This document shows, piece after piece, positions 17,704 through 27,170 of a stretch of DNA of 64,000 nt. Numbering within the stretch: the stretch's first letter is position 1; each line of letters starts with the position of its first letter. The notes under the pieces are model-generated. The model had not been told where the DNA came from, ran no database searches, and worked only from the letters and a program-made list of their open reading frames with translations. Both the position numbers and the translations under genes were made by a program. The DNA lies in NCBI GenBank assembly GCA_963723595.1, contig CAVRRQ010000012.1:6689-70688 (forward strand), given 5' to 3'. Source of the stretch: an uncultured Actinomycetes bacterium. GTDB lineage: Bacteria; Actinomycetota; Actinomycetes; Streptosporangiales; Streptosporangiaceae.

Positions 17704-18024
17704 TCACTGCGGCTGAGTTACTTCCCTGATCCAGCTTAGATAGGCCGCGGATCCCGCCACGATCGGCGTCGCGACGATCTCCGGCTCGTCGTAGCTGTGC
17801 CGCTGGGCGAGGAAGTCCGCGAGCTCCTGGTAACGGGCGGCGGGCAGCTTCAGCAGCAGCGCCCACTCCTCGGCCCGCTCGAGATCGCCTTCCCACCAGT
17901 AGCTGCTCAGCACCGGGCCGGTCACCTGCGCGCAGGCCGCCAGCCGGGCCTGCACCGCATCGCGTCCCAGCTCGACGGCCTCGGCCCGGGAGTCGGTGGT
18001 CGTCTGGACCTGGAGGTACTGCAC
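17704..18024 (-). CDS. cutA: divalent-cation tolerance protein CutA
   Basis: GTG 18024 (VQYLQVQTTTDSRAEAVELGRDAV...). The C-terminus HSYDEPEIVATPIVAGSAAYLSWIRE matches the CutA1 signature. The ORF is open up to 18105, so the start is uncertain. Confidence 0.8.
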   Translation of the reverse strand: MQYLQVQTTTDSRAEAVELGRDAVQARLAACAQVTGPVLSSYWWEGDLERAEEWALLLKLPAARYQELADFLAQRHSYDEPEIVATPIVAGSAAYLSWIREVTQPQ

Positions 18025-18126
18025 GGGTGGCCACCCAGCATCCGCACCGCGCTGGCGTCTCGCCGGGACCAGCGTGATCCGTGCCGCCGTGATCCGCCAT
18101 GTCACCCGATGCTACGCCTGGCCGGC

Positions 18127-18895
18127 TCAGGCGTCCCCGGACGGCGCGGCCGCCGCTCCCCGGCCGCCGAGGAACGAGTCCACGAAGTCCGGGCGGCCGG
18201 ACAGCTCGGCGGGAGTGCCCTGCATCCGCACCTCGCCGCCACCGAGCACATACGAGCGGTCCGAGATGGCCAGCACCGCCTTGGCACGCTGCTCGACGAT
18301 GAGCACCGCGGCCCCGCTCTCGGCCAGCTGGCGGACGTGCTCGGTGAGCAGCGCGGTAGCGACGATGGGGGCGAGGTTGGCGGTCGGCTCGTCGAGCAGG
18401 AACAGGCCCGGGTCGAGCATGAGCACGCGGCCCATGGCCAGCATCTTGCGCTCGCCGCCGCTGAGCTTCCCGGCGCTGCGGCCGAGCATGGCGCCGAGCC
18501 GGGGGAAGATGGCCAGCACCCGCTCGACACGGCCCGCTACCTGCGACCGGCGCAGCAGGTAGCCGCCCATCTCGAGGTTCTCCTTGACGCTGAGCGGGCT
18601 GAATATGTCGTCCACCTGGGGCACGTACCCGACGGCGGCCCGGGCGATCTCTTCGGGTGCGCGAGTTGGTGAGGTCCCGGTCCCCGACCCTCACCGTGCC
18701 GGACGACACGTGCACCACGCCGGCCAGGCTCTTGAGCAGCGTGCTCTTACCTGACCCGTTGGGGCCGACGAGGGAGACCACCTCTCCCGGGTCGGCGCTC
18801 AGCGTGATGTCCCGGATCACCGGGTCGCCGCCGTAGCCGGCGGTGACCTTCTCGGCCCGCAGCGGGAGGCCGGGCAGGGCGAGCTCAGCCGACAA
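18127..18895 (-). pseudogene. livF: branched-chain amino acid ABC transporter ATP-binding protein LivF, one frameshift near 18655-18665
   Basis: The N-terminal part with Walker A (VSLVGPNGSGKSTLLKS) is in the frame of ORF 17642-18895. The remainder (PEEIARAAVGYVPQVDDIFSPLSVKENL...LSGGERKML...LLLDEPT) is in the frame of ORF 18127-18624. Confidence 0.85.
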
Positions 18896-20768
18896 GGTAG
18901 GCCTCCACGACCTCGCTGCGGCCCCGCAGCTGTTCCATCGTTCCCTCGGCCAGGACCGCGCCCTCGGCCATCACCACGACCGGGTCGCAGAACTCGTCCA
19001 TGATGGCCAGCTCGTGCTCCACCATGAGGATCGTCATCCCCTCCCCGCAGAGCGCCACCAGCTCGTTGCCGATGCGCCGGGCCAGGTTCGGGTGCACGCC
19101 CGCCATCGGCTCATCGAGGAGCAGCGTGGCCGGCTCGGCCATCAGCGCCCGCATGATCTCGACCAGCCTGCGCTGGCCGCCGCTCAGGTCACCGGCGTAG
19201 TGGTTGGCGAACTGCTCCAGGCCGAACCGCTCGAGGATGGCTTCGGCCCGGTCGATCGCCGCTGTCTCATCCGCCTGCCAGTAACGCTTGCCGAGCAGGG
19301 AACCGCGGAAGGTGTCCCCCCGGTTGCCGGGGACCGCGGACAGCAGGTTTTCCATCACGGTGAGCCGCTTGAACTCGCTGGCCAGCTGGAAGGTCCGGAC
19401 CAGCCCCAGCCGGGCCCGCCGGAAGGCCGGCACCCCGGTGATGTCGCGGCCCTCGTAGATGATCTTCCCGGACGTCACCGGGAGGGTCCCGGCCAGCATG
19501 GCCAGCAGGGTGGACTTCCCGGCCCCGTTCGGCCCGATCAGCCCGGTCAGCGTGCCCTTCCGGACCTGGATCGACACCCCGGCCACCGCCCGCACCCCGC
19601 CGAACTCCCGGGCCACGTCCACCGTTTCCAGCATCACCGGCCGGTCCTGCGCCGCGGCCGGCAGCTGGTCGTGAGCCCCCGGTGCCGGCCCGCGGAGTGC
19701 CGCCGGGCGGGATGCCGCCGGGCGGGGCGAAGGCACGGCCGCCGCTGCCGGGCCGCCGGGCGGCGCGCCGCCCGGCGGCGCTGACGTCCTGGCGGCCGCC
19801 CGGGTCGGGGGCGCGTGGATGACCCGCTTGCGCTCCGGCAGGATGCCCTGCGGCCGCACCCACAGGAAGATCACGATGAGCAGGCCGATCGCCACCCACT
19901 GCAGTGAGGGGATCAGGTTGGGCGGCAGGCTGTTCGAGGTGGGGATGAACCGGGTGATCTCCTCGAAACCCACAGGGACCAGGATGGCCCCGAGGATCGC
20001 GCCGAGGTGGTTGCCGGCTCCGCCGATGATGACCGCGGCGAACAGGACAACGGTTTCCGCGTAGCCCCACGCGGCCGGGGACCACGTGGTGATGTACGTG
20101 ACCAGGATCCCGCCGCTCAGCCCGGCGATAGCCCCGCCGGTGACCAGCATCGCGGTGCGCAGCGAGAGCAGGTTCTTGCCCAGCGAGTCCGCGACCACGT
20201 CGTTGTCCCGCATGGCGCGCAGGCTGCGGCCGTACGGGGAACCGGTGATCCGGCGGACGAGCAGGTAGACCGCCAGGGCCAGGACGATGGCCGCCACGGT
20301 GAACACCCACTGGTACCCGGCCGTCTGCACGCTGAACACGTTGTCGCCGTGCAGCGGCGTGGGAATGAGCGACAGGCCCGCGTCGCCGTTCAGCAGCGGC
20401 CGGTAGTTCGTCACCAGCAGGTTCAGCAGGACCGCGGTCACCAGGAGCCCCACCGCGGCGAAGTCACCGCGGAGCCTGCGGCCCACCAGGAACGTGAACG
20501 GCACCGCGATCAGGCCGCCGACCACCGCCGCGCCGATCCACGGCAGCGGGAACGGCAGGTTCAGCCCGCCGATGTACGACTGGAACCCGCCGTTGGCTGA
20601 GTCATGCGGCAGGGCCAGGACCGCCGCGGCGTACCCGCCCGCGGCCTGGAAGATGATGAAGCCGAAGTTGGTGACGCCCGCCACCCCGAACTGCTGGCTG
20701 AGGCCCAGGCAGGCCATGGCGTCCACCGCGGCGTAGACCAGCAGGTTGATGAGATAGAAGGCGTTCAT
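18885..20768 (-). CDS. fused LivM-type permease / LivG-type ATP-binding protein of a LIV-family ABC transporter
   Basis: A single 627-aa ORF. It has an N-terminal polytopic permease, a Pro/Ala-rich linker, and an ABC ATPase (GLIGPNGAGKSTLL, LSGGQRRLVEIMRAL, LLLDEPMAG). Confidence 0.85.
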   Translation of the reverse strand: MNAFYLINLLVYAAVDAMACLGLSQQFGVAGVTNFGFIIFQAAGGYAAAVLALPHDSANGGFQSYIGGLNLPFPLPWIGAAVVGGLIAVPFTFLVGRRLRGDFAAVGLLVTAVLLNLLVTNYRPLLNGDAGLSLIPTPLHGDNVFSVQTAGYQWVFTVAAIVLALAVYLLVRRITGSPYGRSLRAMRDNDVVADSLGKNLLSLRTAMLVTGGAIAGLSGGILVTYITTWSPAAWGYAETVVLFAAVIIGGAGNHLGAILGAILVPVGFEEITRFIPTSNSLPPNLIPSLQWVAIGLLIVIFLWVRPQGILPERKRVIHAPPTRAAARTSAPPGGAPPGGPAAAAVPSPRPAASRPAALRGPAPGAHDQLPAAAQDRPVMLETVDVAREFGGVRAVAGVSIQVRKGTLTGLIGPNGAGKSTLLAMLAGTLPVTSGKIIYEGRDITGVPAFRRARLGLVRTFQLASEFKRLTVMENLLSAVPGNRGDTFRGSLLGKRYWQADETAAIDRAEAILERFGLEQFANHYAGDLSGGQRRLVEIMRALMAEPATLLLDEPMAGVHPNLARRIGNELVALCGEGMTILMVEHELAIMDEFCDPVVVMAEGAVLAEGTMEQLRGRSEVVEAYLVG

Positions 20769-20830
20769 CCGGCTCCCCGCCTGACCCTCATACGGCTCCC
20801 CGCCTGATCGTCATGTCCCGGGCCTGATTC

Positions 20831-21698
20831 TCATGCCCGGGCCCCGAGCAGCCCGGTCGGGCGCACCCCGAGCACGATGAGCAGCGCCACGAACGCGACG
20901 ACGTACTTGTAGTCGGCCGTGATGTAGGCCGCGCTGACCTCGGTGGCCAGCCCGATGATCACGGCGCCGAGCATCGCGCCGTAGGCCTGGCCGGGGCCGC
21001 CCAGGAAGACGGCGGCCAGGATGAGCACGAGGAACAGGTCGGTCGCGGTGGCGTCGAAGCTGCCCGAGTCCATGGCGAACACCACGCCGGCCAGCCCGCA
21101 CAGCCCGCCGGTCAGCGCCCAGGTCACGGTGATGACCCGGTTGGTCCGGATGCCGCAGTTGCGGGCCAGCGACTTGTTGGCCGCCGTCGCGCGCATGGCC
21201 TTGCCCAGCCGCGTGTAGCGCAGCAGCCCGTGCACGCCGATCATGACCACCAGGCTCAGCGCGATGACGACCACCTGGACGACGCTCAGGATCAGGCCGC
21301 CCAGGTGTCAGCGTCGGCCCCTGGCTCATGGTGTAGGAGACCGCGGTCCCGCCCGCCAGTGCCTGGACGCCGAACTCGACGATGAGGGTCATCCCGAGCG
21401 ACACGATCACCATCGTGATCGGCGACGTGCCGCGCCGCTGGAACGGCGTGTACACGCCGGAGTTGAGCAGCACCGAGCCGAGCGAGCATGCGATCACCGC
21501 CGCCACCAGGCCGACCCAGACCGACAGCCCGGCCTGATTCACCACGTAGGCCACGAACGCCCCGGCGATCATGATGGCGCCGAACGCCAGGTTGAGCACG
21601 TCGGTGACGCCGAACTGGAGGGTGAAGCCGACCGACGCGATGGCCAGCACCGAGGCGGTGACCAGCCCGAAGCCGAGCGCGGAGAGGAAGATCGTCAC
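20831..21698 (-). pseudogene. livH: LivH-type branched-chain amino acid ABC permease, one frameshift near 21295-21310
   Basis: The N-terminal 135 codons (MTIFLSALGFGLVTASVLAIASVGFTLQFGV...YTMSQGPTLT) are in the frame of ORF 20811-21698. The rest (LGGLILSVVQVVVIALSLVVMIGVHGLLRYTRLGKAMRA...) is in the frame of ORF 20831-21274. Confidence 0.85.
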
Positions 21699-21789
21699 GG
21701 GCCGCCCGTCCCTGCGCCGTCCCTGCGCCGCCCGGGCTCCCCCGGGGGGACGCGGGAGCCTGGGCGGCGGGGTGGCGTGGTGCCGGCGG

Positions 21790-23130
21790 TCATCCGGCCA
21801 GGGCCCTCAGCTGGGCAGCGGTCAGGTTGCCGACCACCTTGACCGCGCCGGAGGAGGTGTAGGTATCGACCTGGAAGATGCCGGTCGAGTCGTGGTAGCT
21901 GTCGAAGTTGGTCGGCCCGCCCGGCCCTTCGTACCGGATCGCCTTCCCGGCCTTGAGCGAGGTGGCGCACTGGGCGAACGAGTAGCACACCGTGGCGCCG
22001 GGTACCCCGTTCCCGATCTTGATGATGTCCGGGCCGTAGACGCTCGGGGAGGTGCTCTTCGACATGAGCATGGCCAGCGCGGCCAGGTTGATCCCGTCGT
22101 AGAGATGCACACCGCCCGGGGCGCTCAGGTAGGTGGTGAAGTCACCGGTGGCTCCCGGCACCTTGCCCTGCTGGGACAGCAGCGCCTTGGAGAAGGCCTG
22201 GTAAGCAGGCCCGCTGGACTCCACGACCAGGTTGTCCGCGTGGAACCCGGACACGAAGGCCGAGGCGCCGACCGCGGCCGCCGCGGACTTGAAGAACGCC
22301 GGGGAGATGGCTGCGGACGTGCCGATCACCGGGATCATCTTGCCGCCGTTGAGCTGCTTGATCTCGGAGAAGAGGGTGGGATCGGCGGCCCCGAGTGCCT
22401 CGGTCATGATCGCGTCGGGATGCGAATGGACGATCGCCTCGGCCTCACTGCGGAACGTGGTCGCCTTGAGATCGAGCGTCTGGTTGGTCGTCAGCGTGAT
22501 CCCGGCCTTCTTCAGCGCGCTGACCGCGGGCTGGATGAAGGTCTGGGACCCGATGTCGTTACCGAACGCCAGGGCGATCCGCTTGTAGTGCAGCTGCTGG
22601 GCGATGGCGACCATGGCGTAGGACTCCTCCAGGTCGGGAGGAACCAGCCGGTAGAAGTACGGGTAGTGGACGCTGTCGAACTCGGACTGCCCGGTCATGC
22701 AGAACATGGCCATCTTGTGCGCGTTGATGACCGGGGCGACCGAGGCCGCCTCGTCGGAGGTGCAGCCGATGACCAGGGCCAGGCCGGGGTGGAGGCGAAC
22801 ATCTGGTTCACCGCCGGGACGGCGTCGGCCGGGATCGCCGCGGGTGTCCACGCTCTTGCAGGTCAGCGTGTGCCCGAGCACGCCGCCGGCCTGGTTGATG
22901 GCCGCGGTCGCGCCGTAGCAGGAGGCCAGGTACGTCGGGCCCAGCGCGGCGTCGGCGCCGCTGAACGGCGCGACGTCGGCCACGGTGAGCTTGCTGCCGG
23001 ACGGCTGCTGCTGGGGCTGCCGCCCGCTGAGCTGCCGCCGCTGGAACTGCTGCAGGCGGCCAGGCCGTGGCCAGGACGCCGGCGGCCAGCATCGCTCCGC
23101 CGCGCACGGCCGACGGGTCGTGAACTGCAT
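21790..23130 (-). pseudogene. LIV-family ABC substrate-binding lipoprotein, about five single-base frame changes
   Basis: The periplasmic-binding-protein body is intact in ORF 21790-23130. The lipoprotein signal is only recovered by stepping through all three frames: MQFTTRRP / SAVRGGAMLAAGVLA / GLAACSSSSGGSSAGG... / KLTVADVAPFSG. A further compensating pair lies at about 22830 and 22787 (...TRGDP ADAVPAVNQMFASTP GLALVIG). Confidence 0.8.
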
Positions 23131-23220
23131 CGTGCCCCTCCGGTACCCGGTGGAGCGGACGTGCCTCGGGTCGTGATACGGCGCTGTCCGGCTCCGGACT
23201 TCGGGATCGGAGTGACGTGC

Positions 23221-24128
23221 TCAGAAGCCGGTCTTGAGCGGGGTGCCGGGACGCCAGCGCCAGTCCTGCGGGGCGTCTTCCTCGGCGACCACGCGGTTGC
23301 GGATGGTGCCGAGTCCTTCGACGGAGATCTCGATGACGTCGCCCGGGATGCATCCAGACCGGTGGGGTGCGGGCGAAGCCCACGCCGCCCGGGGTGCCGG
23401 TGGCGATGACGTCGCCGGGGACCAGCCGGGTGAACGAGGAGAAGAACTCGACGGCACTGGGCACGTCGACGAGCATCAGTGACGTCCGGGCCGACTGCAT
23501 GACCTGCCCGTTCAGCGTGGAACTGATGGCCAGGTCGGAGACGTCCAGCTCGTCGGTGGTGACCACCTCGGGCCCGAGGGGCATGCTGCCCTCGAAGTTC
23601 TTGCCCGCCGTCCACTGGCTGGCGGCCCGCTGCCAGTCGCGGGCGGAGGCGTCGTTGAGCACCACGTAGCCCGCGATCGCGTCCAGGGCCTTGTCGGCGG
23701 TGATGTAACGGCCGCCCGCGCCGATCACGATGCCGAGTTCGGCCTCGTAGTCGAACTTCTCGGTGAGGGCCGGCTTGACCAGGTCGGCGTACGGGCCCAG
23801 GACGCTGTCCGCGCCCCGCACGAACGCATCGGGCCAGGTGGGGACCTCGCGCCCGCCTTCCAGCGCGTGCTCGCTGTAGTTCAGGCCGAGGCAGAGGATG
23901 CGCGGCGGGGCCGGCACGGCCGGGCCGAAGTCGGCCTCCGCCACCTCGCGCCCGTCAGCGTCGGTGAGCGCCTGGATCGCATCCATGGCCGGGAGGCCCG
24001 GCCTCCAGGACATAGTGCAGCGAGGCGAAGCGCGGGTCGCCCGTGGCCTCGGCGACGTCGACATAGCCGGAACGGCCCCGGACATGCAGTCGCAGCCCGT
24101 CGGGGGTGGCAATGGTGGCGAGCCTCAC
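23221..24128 (-). pseudogene. fumarylacetoacetate hydrolase (FAH) family protein, two frameshifts (about 23990 and 23345)
   Basis: GTG 24128 is preceded by GAAGGAGA. The protein reads MRLATIATPDGLRLHVRGRSGYVDV...EAGPP, then the middle part in ORF 22808-24112 (AMDAIQALT...FDYEAELGIVIG...GTPGGVG), then the C-terminus DVIEISVEGLGTIRNRV in ORF 23221-23457. Confidence 0.85.
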
Positions 24129-24213
24129 GTGCCCGATCTCCTTCGCTGGGTGATGGCTGGGGCGGGCATCGGGCGGGGGCCGTCTGGCCGCCCTGGATTG
24201 GCGCGGATGCCCA

Positions 24214-24339
24214 GATTGGTTGTATACAGTCGGATTGGTCGGAGCATAGGTCGCGTTTCTCGTAGGCAGGTCAATAGGGTTAAGAGAAATTAACGCCCTA
24301 AGCAGGGGTCACGTTCTGGTCTCGATTGGTAGCATTGGT
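24214..24339. promoter_or_regulatory. divergent promoter region with four (G/C)ATTGGT repeats and a TGTATACA palindrome
   Basis: GATTGGT at 24214, 24233 and 24324; CATTGGT at 24333; TGTATACA at 24221-24228. This is the lowest-GC stretch in the neighbourhood. It lies between the FAH-liv operon and the divergent GntR gene. Confidence 0.5.
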
Positions 24340-24436
24340 TGCCTGCGGTCGGCCGGTGCCCGGCAGCGGGCGCACGGCGCGGCCACGCAGCCGCGGGCGG
24401 GCAGCCCGGGCCAGCACAGGCGGAGAGAGCAACGGG

Positions 24437-25408
24437 GATGCAGAACGCAGCAGGGGCCGGGACCCCGATGCCGGCCGATCTGAGATACCGGCTGGCCGAG
24501 CTGATCCTGGCCGAGTCGGCGCGGGCCGGCCTGGGGCCGGGCTCACGGCTGCCCACCGAGCGCAAGCTCGCGGCGGACATGGGCGCGACCCGCACGTCGA
24601 TCCGGCACGCACTGGCCGTGCTGCAGGCCCAGGGGCACATCTCCCGAGAGGTCGGGCGCGGCACCTTCCTGCGGCATGACCCGGGAGCGGATGGGCACGA
24701 CGCGGGGACAGCGGACGCGGGCCGGGCGGCGGCCGCGCGGACACGCTGCCGCCGGCCGACGGCGCGGTCGCCCGGCCCCGGTCGGCGGGCCCGGCCAGCG
24801 AGGCCTCCGCCGGCTTCGCGCCCGCCGACGTCATGACGATCCGGCGGCTGCTGGAGCCGCTCGCGATGCCGCTCGTCGTGGCCTGGGCGACCGCCAGCGA
24901 TTTCCGGGAGATGGACCGCTGCCTGGCCGGCGGGGACCGGGCGGCCAGCTACGACGAGTTCGAGACCTGGGACCTGGCCCTGCACCGCACGATCATGGCG
25001 GCCAGCCACAGCCCCCTGCTCGGGCAGCTGTACGCGGTCATCGAGACCGCCCGGCACGGCCACTCCTGGGGCGACCTCAAGCGGCGCAGCGCGTCACGCG
25101 AGCGCCGCGAAAAATACCAGGCAGACCACGCCGAACTCGTCGCCGCGCTGCGGGCCCGGGACAGCGACCGCGCCACCGAGGCGATGCGCACGCACCTGTC
25201 CCGCGTCAATAACGATCTGTTCGGCGAGACCGCCTGCGCCGGCCCGGCCCCCCGGCCGGCCGCCGCCGGGGGGCCGGGCCGGTTGCGGCCGGGCGGGCGG
25301 CTCAGTACCCGCCACCCCCGTAGCCGCCACCGGAGCCGCCGCTCGACTTGGACGCTGACGGGCTGGGCGAGCTCGAGGACATCATCCCGCCTGGCGAGAC
25401 GGCACTGA
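24437..25408 (+). pseudogene. GntR family (FadR/FCD subfamily) transcriptional regulator, frameshift in the linker (about 24700-24740); 3' end doubtful
   Basis: The HTH part (LPTERKLAADMGATRTSIRHALAVLQAQGHISREVGRGTFL) is in ORF 24339-24836. The FCD domain (FAPADVMTIRRLLEPLAM...) is in the frame of ORF 24833-25408. The open frame runs through a 17-bp hairpin and 107 nt into the convergent gene, so the true stop is probably earlier. Confidence 0.75.
25239..25282. terminator. 17-bp perfect GC hairpin between convergent genes
   Basis: CCGGCCCGGCCCCCCGG (25239-25255) pairs with CCGGGGGGCCGGGCCGG (25266-25282), with a 10-nt loop. There is no T-tract, as is usual in high-GC actinobacteria. Confidence 0.6.
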
Positions 25409-25919
25409 CCGCGGTGACCTTGAGCGCGTGCCACACCCCGCCGAGCCCGTTGCCCTTGACCTGGCCCGGGGCACTGTCACCGGCGTACCTGTACAGCGGG
25501 TGCCCCTTGTAGGTCGCCTGGATCACGCCGTTGGCCCGGGTGATCGTGCCGAACTTGCCGACCAGCCGGAAGCCCATGGCCGCCGCGGGCTTGCCGGTGA
25601 CGGGCGGCCAGGCGGTCGCGCAGGAGCCCGTGCAGGCCGAGGACATCGCGGTGTCCTTGGCGTACCAGTACAGGGTGAGGCCCTTGGCGTCGGCCAGCAC
25701 CGGCCCGATGCTGGTCTTGATCTTCTCCAGCGAGGCCGCGCCCGCCGAGCTCATCCCGGAACTGCCCATCGAGCTGGAGGGGCTGGGCATGGACTTGGTG
25801 GACATGGCTGAGGCGGACTTGGTGCCGCTCGCGGTGCTCGGTGAGGTGCTGCTGCCGCACGCGGCCAGCAGCAGGGCGGGAATGGCGAGGACCGCCGGCG
25901 CCCATCTGCGGTAATGCAT
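25302..25919 (-). CDS. secreted lipoprotein (secreted-repeat / COG4315-like family)
   Basis: ATG 25919. The signal MHYRRWAPAVLAIPALLLAACGSS has a lipobox. A Ser-rich linker follows, then IGPVLADAKGLTLYWYAKDT...CTGSCATAWPPV...ATYKGHPLYRYAGDSAPGQVKGNG. Confidence 0.8.
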   Translation of the reverse strand: MHYRRWAPAVLAIPALLLAACGSSTSPSTASGTKSASAMSTKSMPSPSSSMGSSGMSSAGAASLEKIKTSIGPVLADAKGLTLYWYAKDTAMSSACTGSCATAWPPVTGKPAAAMGFRLVGKFGTITRANGVIQATYKGHPLYRYAGDSAPGQVKGNGLGGVWHALKVTAVSAVSPGGMMSSSSPSPSASKSSGGSGGGYGGGGY

Positions 25920-26071
25920 CGTGTCTCTCCGCTCATGAGGAGGGGCGGACATATAAACCCGAGCACGTACTATCCCGCGCCGTCGTTCACCAGCGGAGCC
26001 CTTTTTCGGCTTACGACTTTATTACCGCGCCGGCGGACCGTTTCCGGGACCGGCCGCCGCGAGACCCGCGG

Positions 26072-27102
26072 CTACGCCGCGATGCGCGTGGCCAGCCAGG
26101 CCAGCGACAGCGGGTAGCGGTAGTCGATGCTCATGTGGGTGCCCTCGAACAGCTCGAAGTGGATCACCTCGTCCGGCACCCCGGCCTCGTCCAGGGCGGC
26201 CCGGAACGCCGTCGCCCCCAGATCGAGGAACCACTCGTCGTGGGTCCCGGCGTCGATCCAGATGCCGCGCAGCCCGCGGAGCGCCTCCGCGTACTGCGGT
26301 GCCATCCGGACCGGATCCCAGTCCAGCCAGCGCTGCCACACCTCCGGCCGGAGCCGGCCGGTCCGCGGCTCGAACGGCAGCTCCACCCGGCCGTCCGGGG
26401 TGGCGGAGAAGCAGGCCGACACGCCCAGCAGCATCAGCAGGTCGTGATCGGCCTCCTTGGTGAAGGACACCCGGGAGCGGAAGTCGTCCCACCAGCGCCA
26501 GATGTCCCCGTCGTAGTCGCGCAGGTGCCGCACGGACTTGCCGAACTCGGGGATGTAGCACAGCTCGTAGAGCGAGTCCCCGGCGTGCGTGGCCAGGGCC
26601 CCGAAGAGGTCGGGCCGGAGCATCGGGGTGATCATCGCGCCGAAGCCGCCGCTGGACTTGCCCATGATGCGCCCGGTGTGCGGCGTCCGGCTGCGTGCGG
26701 TAGTGCGCGTCCACCCAGGGCACCACCTCCTCGCACAGGTAGGAGTGGTACCGGCCGGTGCCCGGGGAGTCCACGAACTGGCTGCCCCCGTAGCGCGGTC
26801 CAGGCGTCGACGTAGACCACGATGGTCCCGGGCGCCTGACCGGACGCGAACACCGCGTCGGCGGTCTCGGTAAACGGCTGCCGGTACGGCGAGCGGTTCT
26901 GCCACATGGCCAGGTGCCCGGTGTAGCCCTGGATGACGTACACCGTCGCGTACCGCCGGGCCGGGTCGTCGTCGTAGCCGGGCGGGACGTAGACCCACAG
27001 CGGTCGCTCGTACGGATCGCCCAGCGGGTTGTCGCGCAGCAGCTCACTGGTGATCACGTGCTCGTCGATCCGGCCGGCCAGCTCGGCGGACCAGGGCAGC
27101 AT
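26072..27102 (-). pseudogene. alpha/beta-hydrolase putative esterase (enterochelin-esterase-like), two frameshifts (about 26805 and 26675)
   Basis: ATG 27102. The protein reads MLPWSAELAGRIDEHVITSELLRDNPLGDPYERPLWVYVPPGYDDD...VVYVDAWT / PRYGGSQFVDSPGTGRYHSYLCEEVVPWVDAHYRT / IMGKSSGGFGAMITPMLRPDLF..., spread over three frames. The nucleophile motif GKSSGG is present. Confidence 0.8.
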
Positions 27103-27170
27103 GAGGCCTCCTCGGATCGTCAGCAACGGTGCCGCCCCTACCGTAGAGCAACCGGCCCTACCGTAGAGGA

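Noticed and set aside
18885-20768. The LivM-LivG fusion as another frameshift artefact.
   Set aside because: The permease and ATPase parts are in the same frame, joined by a continuous Pro/Ala-rich linker with no stop. No alternative-frame continuation of LivM is visible. I kept it as a genuine fusion, although a missed stop in the linker cannot be fully excluded.
22808-24112. A 434-aa ORF spanning the FAH gene and the 5' end of the binding-protein gene.
   Set aside because: Only its middle section is FAH. Its first 40 codons are out of frame relative to the true FAH N-terminus (GTG 24128), and its last roughly 150 codons are out-of-frame sequence of the intergenic region and the binding-protein gene.
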